DNA of 64,000 nucleotides from Eledone cirrhosa (Eukaryota): positions 2,790,001 through 2,854,000 of the forward strand of contig OZ024762.1 of the NCBI GenBank assembly GCA_964016885.1, written 5' to 3'. Both the position numbers and the translations under genes were made by a program. Below the pieces are notes generated by a model. That model had not been told where the DNA came from. It searched no databases and was given only the letters and a program-made list of their open reading frames with translations. This document shows positions 12,586-25,306 of the stretch, one piece after another. How positions within the stretch are numbered: position 1 is the stretch's first letter; each line of letters starts with the position of its first letter.

Positions 12586-15500
12586 AGTTACTTGCCTATG
12601 ACCAGTAATACTTGCCTAGGACCAGTAATACTTGCCTAGAACCAGTAATACTTGCCTAGAACCAGTAATACTTGCCTAGAACCAGTAATACTTGCCTAGG
12701 ACCAGTAATACTTGCCTAGAACCAGTAATACTTGCCTAGAACCAGTAATACTTGCCTAGGACCAGTAATACTTGCCTAGAACCAGTAATACTTGCCTAGA
12801 ACCAGTAATACTTGCCTAGAACCAGTAATACTTGCCTAGAACCAGTAATACTTGCCTAGAACCAGTAATACTTGCCTAGGACCAGTAATACTTGCCTAGG
12901 ACCAGTAATACTTGCCTAGGACCAGTAATACTTGCCTAGGACCAGTAATACTTGCCTAGGACCAGTAATACTTGCCTAGAACCAGTAATACTTGCCTAGG
13001 ACCAGTAATACTTGCCTAGGACCAGTAATACTTGCCTAGGACCAGTAATACTTGCCTAGAACCAGTAATACTTGCCTATGACCAGTAATACTTGCCTAGG
13101 ACCAGTAATACTTGCCTATGACCAGTAATACTTGCCTATGGCCAGTAATACTTGCCTAGAACCAGTAATACTTGCCTAGGACCAGTAATACTTGCCTAGA
13201 ACCAGTAATACTTGCCTAGGACCAGTAATACTTGCCTAGGACCAGTAATACTTGCCTAGGACCAGTAATACTTGCCTAGAACCAGTAATACTTGCCTATG
13301 ACCAGTAATACTTGCCTAGGACCAGTAATACTTGCCTATGACCAGTAATACTTGCCTATGGCCAGTAATACTTGCCTAGAACCAGTAATACTTGCCTAGG
13401 ACCAGTAATACTTGCCTAGGACCAGTAATACTTGCCTATGGCCAGTAATACTTGCCTATGGCCAGTAATACTTGCCTAGGACCAGTAATACTTGCCTAGG
13501 ACCAGTAATACTTGCCTATGGCCAGTAATACTTGCCTATGACCAGTAATACTTGCCTATGGCCAGTAATACTTGCCTATGGCCAGTAATACTTGCCTAGG
13601 ACCAGTAATACTTGCCTATGGCCAGTAATACTTGCCTAGGACCAGTAATACTTGCCTATGGCCAGTAATACTTGCCTATGACCAGTAATACTTGCCTAGG
13701 ACCAGTAATACTTGCCTAGGACCAGTAATACTTGCCTATGGCCAGTAATACTTGCCTAGGACCAGTAATACTTGCCTAGGACCAGTAATACTTGCCTATG
13801 GCCAGTAATACTTGCCTATGGCCAGTAATACTTGCCTAGGACCAGTAATACTTGCCTATGACCAGTAATACTTGCCTAGGACCAGTAATACTTGCCTATG
13901 GCCAGTAATACTTGCCTATGGCCAGTAATACTTGCCTATGGCCAGTAATACTTGCCTAGGACCAGTAATACTTGCCTATGGCCAGTAATACTTGCCTAGG
14001 ACCAGTAATACTTGCCTATGGCCAGTAATACTTGCCTATGACCAGTAATACTTGCCTATGGCCAGTAATACTTGCCTAGGACCAGTAATACTTGCCTATG
14101 ACCAGTAATACTTGCCTAGGACCAGTAATACTTGCCTAGGACCAGTAATACTTGCCTATGACCAGTAATACTTGCCTAGGACCAGTAATACTTGCCTATG
14201 ACCAGTAATACTTGCCTATGACCAGTAATACTTGCCTATGACCAGTAATACTTGCCTAGGACCAGTAATACTTGCCTATGACCAGTAATACTTGCCTATG
14301 ACCAGTAATACTTGCCTATGACCAGTAATACTTGCCTAGGACCAGTAATACTTGCCTATGACCAGTAATACTTGCCTATGACCAGTAATACTTGCCTAGG
14401 ACCAGTAATACTTGCCTATGACCAGTAATACTTGCCTATGGCCAGTAATACTTGCCTATGGCCAGTAATACTTGCCTATGGCCAGTAATACTTGCCTATG
14501 GCCAGTAATACTTGCCTAGAACCAGTAATACTTGCCTATGACCAGTAATACTTGCCTATGACCAGTAATACTTGCCTAGGACCAGTAATACTTGCCTATG
14601 ACCAGTAATACTTGCCTATGGCCAGTAATACTTGCCTATGGCCAGTAATACTTGCCTATGGCCAGTAATACTTGCCTATGGCCAGTAATACTTGCCTATG
14701 ACCAGTAATACTTGCCTAGGACCAGTAATACTTGCCTATGACCAGTAATACTTGCCTATGGCCAGTAATACTTGCCTATGGCCAGTAATACTTGCCTATG
14801 GCCAGTAATACTTGCCTATGGCCAGTAATACTTGCCTATGACCAATAATACTTGCTTAGGACCAATAATACTTGCCTATGACCAGTAATACTTGCCTATG
14901 GCCAGTAATACTTGCCTATGACCAATAATACTTGCTTAGGACCAGTAATACTTGCCTATGACCAGTAATACTTGCCTATGGCCAGTAATACTTGCCTATG
15001 GCCAGTAATACTTGCCTATGGCCAGTAATACTTGCCTATGGCCAGTAATACTTGCCTATGGCCAGTAATACTTGCCTATGACCAATAATACTTGCTTAGG
15101 ACCAATAATACTTGCCTAGAACCAGTAATACTTGCCTATGGCCAGTAATACTTGCCTATGGCCAGTAATACTTGCCTATGACCAATAATACTTGCTTAGG
15201 ACCAATAATACTTGCCTATGACCAGTAATACTTGCCTATGGCCAGTAATACTTGCCTAGAACCAGTAATACTTGCCTATGGCCAGTAATACTTGCCTATG
15301 GCCAGTAATACTTGCCTATGGCCAGTAATACTTGCCTATGGCCAGTAATACTTGCCTAGAACCAGTAATACTTGCCTAGGACCAATAATACTTGCCTAGG
15401 ACCAGTAATACTTGCCTATGACCAGTAATACTTGCCTATGGCCAGTAATACTTGCCTATGGCCAGTAATACTTGCCTAGAACCAGTAATACTTGCCTAGG

Positions 15501-16131
15501 ACCAGTAATACTTGCCTAGGACCAGTAATACTTGCCTAGAACCAGTAATACTTGCCTATGGCCAGTAATACTTGCCTATGGCCAGTAATACTTGCCTATG
15601 GCCAGTAATACTTGCCTAGGACCAATAATACTTGCCTAGGACCAGTAATACTTGCCTAGGACCAGTAATACTTGCCTAGGACCAGTAATACTTGCCTATG
15701 ACCAGTAATACTTGCCTATGGCCAGTAATACTTGCCTATGGCCAGTAATACTTGCCTATGGCCAGTAATACTTGCCTAGGACCAGTAATACTTGCCTATG
15801 ACCAGTAATACTTGCCTAGGACCAGTAATACTTGCCTATGGCCAGTAATACTTGCCTATGGCCAGTAATACTTGCATAGGACCAATAATACTTGCCTAGG
15901 ACCAGTAATACTTGCCTAGAACCAGTAATACTTGCCTATGACCAATAATACTTGCCTATGACCAGTAATACTTGCCTAGGACCAGTAATACTTGCCTATG
16001 GCCAGTAATACTTGCCTATGGCCAGTAATACTTGCCTAGAACCAGTAATACTTGCCTATGGCCAGTAATACTTGCCTATGGCCAGTAATACTTGCCTAGA
16101 ACCAGTAATACTTGCCTATGGCCAGTAATAC
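12586..16131. repeat. 20-bp minisatellite, ~177 copies
   Basis: Unit RCCAGTAATACTTGCCTA(GG/GA/TG), constant length across 3.5 kb. Confidence 0.98.
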
Positions 16132-18243
16132 CATCAGAAAAAATGTCACATATCAAGCAATGCCTGTGCTTGAAGATTTTTCACAGAACCAATCCCACTC
16201 TCTGAACATGGAATACATTTACCCGAAAAGAAGGTCTACATATATGAGAGAGAGGCTGATATAAATATATACAGGGTTATATACCAGAGTGACCTTCTCC
16301 TAGAGAGATATCTTAAGACTAGGAGTCGCTCCACAAGTATAATCTTTATTGGATGTTGACTCTACTCAGTTCCCCCGCCCTTTCACAGGGTTTTCTTCCC
16401 ACATTTACATACTCACACGCACTCACATGTGAACACACAGACTTCAATATATGTTAAATGATGATGATGATGATAACCATTATGAATGGTAAACAAAGTT
16501 TAATATATATTCCCTCTCTTCTGTCTCCTCTCTCCCTCACCTCACTCTCCCCCCTCTCTCTCTCTCCCCCACTCACCCCACCCCCCACACTAAAGTCAAC
16601 ACACTGACCTCAATTCAGTCACATTTTTACTTCAGGTTGAATTTATTAACACAAAACAATTCATACCTGAAATACAACACCACCACTACCATCACCACCA
16701 ACACCACTACCACTATCACCACCACCACTATCACCACCACCACTACCATCACCACCACCACTACCATCACCACCACCACCACTACCACCACCACTACCAT
16801 CACCATTACCACCACCACTATCACCACCACCACTACCATTACCACCACCGCTACATCACCACCACCACTACTATCACCATTACCACCACCACCACCACCA
16901 CCACCATCACCATCACCACCAGCACTACCACTACCATCACCACCACCATAACAACCACTACCATCACCACCACTACCCCCCCCCCCCCCCCACAACCACT
17001 ACCACCACCACACCAAATTTCTTTTTCCCATTTATTCATTGTTTGAAAGGGGCCTTGCTTAGTGAGGTGTGGAGAGGAAGAGGGGTAACTACCATGACTG
17101 ACCCCTCCAACACCCCAACAACACCACACCACCACCTCCACTCCTCCAACATCACTCCTCCAACACCACTCCTCCAACACCACTCCTCCAACACCACCAC
17201 CCCAACAACACCACACCACCACTCCTCCAACACCACACCACCACCACCCCAACAACACCACACCACCACTACCACCACTCCTCCAACACCACCACCTCAA
17301 CAACACACCACCACTAACACCACCACACCACCACCTCAACAACCCCACACCACCATCACTACCTCAACAACACCACACCACCACTCCTTCAACACCACCA
17401 CCCCAACAACACACCTCCACCACCACTCCTCCAACACCCCAACAACACCACCACTCCAACACCACCACGCCACCACCACCCCAACAACACCATGCCACCA
17501 CCACCACTCCTCCAACACCCCAACAACACCACCACTCCAACACCACCACGCCACCACCACCCCAACAACACCATGCCACCACCACCACTCCTCCAACACC
17601 ACCACCACCACACCACCACTCCTACAACACGCCACCACCACCCAACAACACCATGCCACCACCACCACTCCTCCAACACCCCAACAACACCACCACTCCA
17701 ACACCACCACGCCACCACCACCCCAACAACACCATGCCACCACCACCACTCCTCCAACACCACCACCACCACACCACCACTCCTACAACACGCCACCACC
17801 ACCCCAACAACACCATGCCACCACCACCACTCCTCCAACACCCCAACAACACCACCACTCCAACACCACCACGCCACCACCACCCCAACAACACCATGCC
17901 ACCACCACCACTCCTCCAACACCACCACCACCACACCACCACTCCTACAACACGCCACCACCACCCAACAACACCATGCCACCACCACCACTCCTCCACC
18001 ACCACTACACCACTACCCCACCACCAACACCACCACTACACCACCACCACCACCATTAATTTCTGGGTTACCTCAGAGATTTCCTGTGAGAAACAAACAA
18101 TGATATTCTCAGACTTCAGATGTCATAAAGTCCTGCTTTATCTCTTTCCTTAATATTTAGAAAATGTTTTGTTTTTGCCAGTTGTCAGATTCAACCAAGA
18201 TAAAATATATAAATTGATGTATGACATACCTCAACATCAATTT

Positions 18244-18315
18244 ATATATTTTATCTGATGAGGACGTACTGAAAAAACAACACAGTACCTCCGAAATGTA
18301 TATAATAAAATATAT
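18244..18315 (+). ncRNA. Minimal type I hammerhead ribozyme motif (copy 1)
   Basis: Stem I ATATATTTTAT/ATAAAATATAT (11 bp); CTGATGA 18255-18261; stem II GGACGTACTG/CAGTACCTCC; GAAA 18293-18296; short stem III TGTATA; predicted cleavage after ATA at 18304. Confidence 0.85.
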
Positions 18316-18331
18316 TTATTAATATTTTGAA

Positions 18332-18370
<39 letters not shown>

Positions 18371-18466
18371 CTATATATATATATGACTATCCGGATGGCT
18401 TCCAAAAACAATGGTTGCATTTTAAAAGGGTATGTCAAAGCTTATTTGTAAAACTGTTATATATTG

Positions 18467-18531
18467 TATTTTGTCTGATGAAGGCATACCATAATTTAAT
18501 TTGGTATCCCTGAAATATGTATAATGAAATA
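18467..18531 (+). ncRNA. Minimal type I hammerhead ribozyme motif (copy 2)
   Basis: Stem I TATTTTGT/ATGAAATA (two G-U pairs); CTGATGA 18475-18481; stem II AGGCATACCA/TGGTATCCCT; GAAA 18512-18515; TATGTA; predicted cleavage after ATA at 18523. Confidence 0.8.
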
Positions 18532-18673
18532 AATATGGTTTTATAAATATAGTTTCCATTTATTAATATCGTATATCTACTCCAAAAACTTGTCGAGTGC
18601 TTTATATCAGTTATAAAAATATTTACTTGTTGTATCCCAACAATTTTAAATAGAACTTTTGCATATATATATA

Positions 18674-18716
<43 letters not shown>

Positions 18717-19034
18717 TTATTTATATAAAGTCAACCCCCTCCTGTCAAATAAAGGCTACCCATACTAAGTCACACCCTCCAAACAAAACCTGTTGTCAAC
18801 AAAACATACCAACTTCCTCTCCACCCCTCCATGAAAACTCCCACAAAAACATACCATGGTCAAATTCATTGAACCATAACAAGAATGTGTGGCGGGGGGG
18901 GGGGGGGGGGGGGGCAACACACTCATACCACACAAAATATAGATATAGTCTTTATGGTGTATATATTATAATGACATTGGTGTTAAAGTGTATCAGCCTT
19001 AACTTTTCTCTGGGACTACATTAGTTATAGTGTG

Positions 19035-19065
<31 letters not shown>

Positions 19066-19080
19066 ATGTATGTATGTATA

Positions 19081-19116
<36 letters not shown>

Positions 19117-19214
19117 TGTATGTATGTATATATGTATGTATGTATATATATATATGTATGTATATATATATATGTATGTATGTATATATGTATGTATGTA
19201 TGTATATATGTATG

Positions 19215-19245
<31 letters not shown>

Positions 19246-19334
19246 ATATGTATGTATGTATATATATATGTATGTATGTATATATATATATATGTATGTA
19301 TATATATATAATATATATATATATCTATATAGTC

Positions 19335-19511
19335 GTGTAGGTGTCACAAGAGAAAGTACCCAGTACTCACTGTATATGTAGTTGGCATTAGGAAGGACAT
19401 CCAGCTATAGAAACCAAGCCACAGTCAGTTCTGTGTGAGCAAGACACGATCAAGTGATCCAACCTGCTTCAAATGGGACAACCCGTCTAACCCATGCTAG
19501 CGTGATGATGA
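19335..19511 (+). mobile_element. 5'-truncated diverged SINE (3' half)
   Basis: CCCAGTACTCACTGTA..TTAGGAAGGACATCCAGCTATAGAAACCAAGCC...CTAACCCATGCTAGCGTGATGATG, similar to 59540-59725. Confidence 0.75.
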
Positions 19512-20517
19512 AGTGAAGGTTGCACCATAAATGAACTTTACTGTTTATCACAATTGTTTCAATATCAGCTCAGGGTTTGATTATATTGTTTTCAAACTTT
19601 ACACATGTAATACTTATGGTGCTGTGAGTGTTTTGAGCAAAAAATATTTCAAATTTTCCATGCCCTAGGGGCCGCATTAGGCGATTTAGCGATCTCTCTC
19701 TCTCTCTTAGTCTTTCTCTTTTTAGATAGATACATAGATATAACGTTGCGCCCTTATAATATCTGTCTTTATGCCTGGCTGTCTGCATTACGACATTATG
19801 ACGTAGCTGTGTGTGTGTATATATGTATATATAGTGTGTATATATATGTATAGAGTGTAACGTTTTTCTGTGTTCACAGATTGATTTTTTTAATTTTAGT
19901 TTCAGAAGATCCCATTAAGGGTGAAAGCAGCAATTCTTTAATAGTATATATATGGAGTAATGTAAATAAAGGGTTAACCAGGATTTAAATTAAATCCTTT
20001 AATTAATTCCTGCTATATTGATCTCCTCAGAATCTATTAAATAACAATATTTACCAATACATGTCCATAAAACGATCACAGAAGTCAGAAAATGGAACCA
20101 AATTCAAAAACTATTGAGAAAAATGTTAACATTTTATGGAAGGCTAAATATGCAATTAAAATTTTATTAGTAATAAAGATGTAATGTGCAGTAACTAAAG
20201 ATATTATACTAAACTATTACACACTAATTCACATACTAACTAAATAATGTTATAGGTATACAAGAGCATATAAGTTTAATAATACTTATCAATTGGAGTG
20301 ATAAAAATTATAAAATTAATATTAATAGAATATATTAAGTAAAAACAAAAATTATACAAACTTATTATACAAAAATTATACAAACTTAATTCAGTAAATA
20401 TATCAATATATCAATAACTCAGAGAAGGTTTAGTTACTAAGAAACTTACAATATATTAATAGGAAATAGAATGAATAGAGATAAGTATTTTAGAATGAAT
20501 AGTGATAAGTATTAGGG

Positions 20518-20577
<60 letters not shown>

Positions 20578-20724
20578 TATAAGTATTAATAAAATAGATG
20601 TTCTTTTATTAATACTTATATTTTAATATTAATAACTCCAGAAAATTATTTTTTTTACTGTTGAGTGCTTCCAATCTACTGTAAAACTCATTCTTTGACA
20701 TAATCATTGAATATTGTTTAACAC

Positions 20725-20786
<62 letters not shown>

Positions 20787-20885
20787 AGAGGATGATTTGT
20801 TATGTCTTCATTACGTTTATTGAGTATTGACGCGTGTTTTGCCATTGATCAGCTCAAGATATATATATATATATATATATATATA

Positions 20886-20933
<48 letters not shown>

Positions 20934-20973
20934 TATATATATATATATATATATAAATATAATATATATATAG

Positions 20974-21005
<32 letters not shown>

Positions 21006-21011
21006 TAATAT

Positions 21012-21224
21012 AATGACCGCTGGGTGAAGAAGTGCCAAGATATCCCGATGGAAGGAAGACGCAGTAGAGGAAGACCACGAAAGAAATGGGCAGAGGTGGT
21101 GAGAGCTGACCTCAGATCATTGAAGCTCACAGAGGAAGGGCCATGACAAATGGAGAGAAGTTGTGCTAAAGGGGACCCATCCCACCCTTGAAAGCAGGGA
21201 AAAGCAGATGTAAAATGATGATGA
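21012..21224 (+). mobile_element. RTE LINE 3' fragment, same family as 53160-53394
   Basis: DRWVKKCQDIPMEGRRSRGRPRKKWAEVVRADLRSLKLT; (ATG)n tail; (TA)n flanks. Confidence 0.88.
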
Positions 21225-21546
21225 GATATATATATATATATATATGTGTCAGTGTGTATGTATATATTTGTGTTTATGTATATATGTGTGTATATATATG
21301 TATGTATGTGGGTGTATATGTGTTTATATATACATAGATGTGTGTGTGTGTGTGTGATAATGTTAGTCTCCAGTCAGTAATTACTTTCCTCATTTCCTCC
21401 AGTCACAGGGAAATGGAGGAAAGACAGACAGACAGACAGACAGACTGACAACTTCCTCTCTCTCCACCCACGCCAACCACTCCTGGAAAAGGTTTTACAA
21501 ACTCTTCTTAACCTCTGCTAAACTTTTACACAACTCTCATTCTTTT

Positions 21547-22004
<458 letters not shown>

Positions 22005-22127
22005 CTCTCTCTCTATATATATATATAGAGAGAGAGACAGGAATGACGTAGAATGTGTGTATATATATATACAGAGGACTAATGTAGAATGTGTGTATAT
22101 ATATATATACAGAGGAGTGATGTAGAA

Positions 22128-22159
<32 letters not shown>

Positions 22160-22649
22160 CAGAGGAATGACGTAGAATGTGTGTATATATATATACAGAG
22201 GACTGATGTAGAATGTGTGTATATATATATATATATATACACAGAGGAATGACGTAGAATGTATATAAATATACAGAGGACTGATGTAGGATGTGTGTAT
22301 ATAAATACAGAGGAATGACGTATATACCTGTCTTACAAAGAATGTACTTATATCATATTCAAATGAAGTGAGAAGCTTAAGATGCAAAGACAGGTATGTG
22401 GTGAGAAAGCTAACCCACCTTCAGTTGGTGTAAATACTCTGTCATCATGTCGTGCTCGTTAATCCTTTCATTAAAGTATTTCTAATTAAAGACTGTCTAT
22501 GGTTTTAAAATAATTTTGAATATTATCAGGATTTTGGAGAAATTTAATTATATACCTAGCTTTTGAATTAAGTTAGTGTTCGGAACATAACTTAGCAAAG
22601 GTTGTTATTTAAATCTTTTTAATAATAATTGTTTCTACAATCTTTTTAA

Positions 22650-23060
22650 TAATAATAATAATAATTATTATTATTATTATTATTATTGTGTACAGTGCTC
22701 AGGTGCACTACAACTCATCAAAGGTGCATGTATAGTACATAGAGTAATGTATAAATGTCAGGAAAGTAAACAGTGCATCAGTCATGATATACAGACACCA
22801 CACACATAGACATATAGACACACACACCACACCACAGACATACACACACCACACATAGACACACACACGACACCACAGACATACACACACCACACATAGA
22901 CACACACACCACACCACAGACATACACACACCACACCACAGACACACACACAACACACATACCACACCACACCACAGACATATCAGGTGTAGTGTTGGTG
23001 AATTTCAGGAAACATGGAAGTTTTGAAGGATGCAGTTGTCCTGACAACAACTGATGCAGG
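22650..23060 (-). mobile_element. CR1/L2-like LINE 3' end with (AAT)n tail, interrupted by a CA-rich tract; short second copy at 32560-32615 (+)
   Basis: GTAGTGCACCTGAGCACTGTACACAATAAT is shared by both loci. Upstream residues PASVVVRTTASFKTS resemble a CR1 ORF2 terminus. Confidence 0.55.
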
Positions 23061-24150
23061 TCTACATGTCAGAGAAGGTCAGGTGTAACAATTAGCAAGT
23101 CTACATGTTACTCTCAGCAACTCAGGTGTAACACTTAGTCCTCAAGTTACTCTCAACAACTCAGGTGTAATAATTAGACATCTACATGTTGCTGTTAGCA
23201 TTCTCAGGTATAACACTTAGTAAGTCTTACATGCTGCTCTCAGCGGCTCAGGTGAGACAATTAGCAACTCAGGTGTGACAGCTAGTCAGTCAGGCGTGAC
23301 AACTAGTAAATGTACATGTTGCCATTAGCAGGTGAGGTAAGAGGGTGTAGGGGTATTGATTGTCAGATAGTTAGAGCTCTCATCACAGGTGGATACCAAT
23401 CAAACCATCAACCATCCCAGGGAAGTGACACCTGAGATATATATCTCACCTGTTAACTCACTTTATTGATCACCTTCTCTCATTTACATACACACACAGA
23501 CATAGACATAGACATACACATACACATACACAGATAGACACACACACACATACACACACCTGTGCATACACACATACATACACACGCCCATACACATAGA
23601 CATACACATACACATGCACACACACATACACAGATAGACACACACACACATACACACACCTGTGCATACACACATACATACACACGCCCATACACATAGA
23701 CACACACATACATGCACAGACACGCATACACATAAACACACACATACATACACCACACATACACATGCATGCATACACATAGGTTGACACATGCATACAC
23801 ACAGACAGATACACACTGCCATCCCCACACATACATAGACACACACACACACCCACACACACATATAGACACACACACACACCCACACACACATATAGAC
23901 ACACACACACACACACACACACATATAGACACACACTCAACGTGAGTGTTCTACAAATGTTCAAGTAGAAACTTCCTTCTCACCCCTCCACCCCCACTCT
24001 ATATCCCCACCCCCACTCCACCCCACTCTATATCCCCACCCCCACTCCACCCCACTCTATATCCCCACCCCCACTGCACCGCCCTCTATATATAACAAGG
24101 ACATCTGATTAGCATCTTAAATGTTTAGACATTTATATATATACATATAC

Positions 24151-24187
<37 letters not shown>

Positions 24188-24269
24188 CATATATATATAC
24201 ATATATATATATATGTATATGTATATATGTATATATATGTATATATATGTATATATATGTATATATATG

Positions 24270-24320
<51 letters not shown>

Positions 24321-24378
24321 GTGTGTGCCTGTGAGGTGTGTGTATATATATATAAATATATATAGATTTATATATATA

Positions 24379-24710
24379 TCATCTCATTTTACGTCCACTT
24401 TTCCCTGCTTGCAAGGGTGGGACGGGAACTGATTCTGGCTTGATTTCTACAGCTGGATGCCCTTCCTAACACCAACCTCATTTACAGTGAGTGCTGGGTG
24501 CTTTTTTGCCGTGGCACCTCCACGACCACTTTACAGTGGAATGATAGGGACCCCAGTCCCTATCATCTCATTTCTACAGCTGAGTAAACTGGAGCAATGT
24601 GAAATAAAGTGCCTTGCTCAAGGAAACAACACATCACCCGGTCTGAGAATTGAACTCACAACCTTTTGATTGCAAGGCCAATGCTCTAACCACTAAGCCA
24701 TGTGCCTCCA
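24379..24710 (-). mobile_element. Full-length SINE, left arm of a palindrome
   Basis: Reverse complement of 24711-25037 apart from three substitutions and a 7-nt indel counted by eye. Confidence 0.92.
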
Positions 24711-25037
24711 TGGAGGCACATGGCTTAGTGGTTAGAGCATTGGCCTTGCAATCAAAAGGTTGGGAGTTCAATTCTCAGACCGGGTGATGTGTTGTTTCCT
24801 TGAGCAAGACACTTTATTTCACATTGCTCCAGTTTACTCAGCTGTAGAAATGAGATGATAGGGTCCCTATCATTCCACTGCAAAGTGGTCGTGGAGGTGC
24901 CACGGCAAAAAAGCACCCAGCACTCACTGTAAATGAGGTTGGTGTTAGGAAGGGCATCCAGCTGTAGAAATCAAGCCAGAATCAGTTCCCGTCCCACCCT
25001 TGCAAGCAGGGAAAAGTGGACGTAAAATGATGATGAT
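24711..25037 (+). mobile_element. Full-length SINE, right arm of a palindrome
   Basis: GGAGGCACATGGCTTAGTGGTTAGAGC (A box), GAGTTCAATTC (B box), (ATG)n tail. Confidence 0.92.
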
Positions 25038-25264
25038 ATATGTATATATATGTATATATATTTATGTATATACACAACCAGGCACACATTCACACAAATC
25101 TATATATATATACATACATACATACACATATATATATATATATATACATACATACATGCACCTATATATATACATACATACACCTATATATATATACATA
25201 CATACATACATGCACCTATATATATATGTATATACATACATATATACATACATACATACATGCA

Positions 25265-25306
<42 letters not shown>

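Larger units (their letters stand above)
18180..18662 (+). mobile_element. Penelope-like/retrozyme-like non-autonomous element with two hammerheads
   Basis: 18430-18570 is clearly similar to 44112-44250. Contains a 22-bp inverted repeat (18199-18220 vs 18234-18255), has no ORF and ends in (TA)n. Confidence 0.65.

Noticed and set aside
12586-16131. CRISPR array
   Set aside because: Head-to-tail 20-bp units with no unique spacers, no cas genes, eukaryotic context.
17043-18153. Mucin/extensin-like ORFs
   Set aside because: CAC-rich compound repeat open in multiple frames on both strands, without splice support.
24712-24785. tRNA gene
   Set aside because: A and B boxes are present but no proper acceptor stem; it is the head of a repeated SINE.
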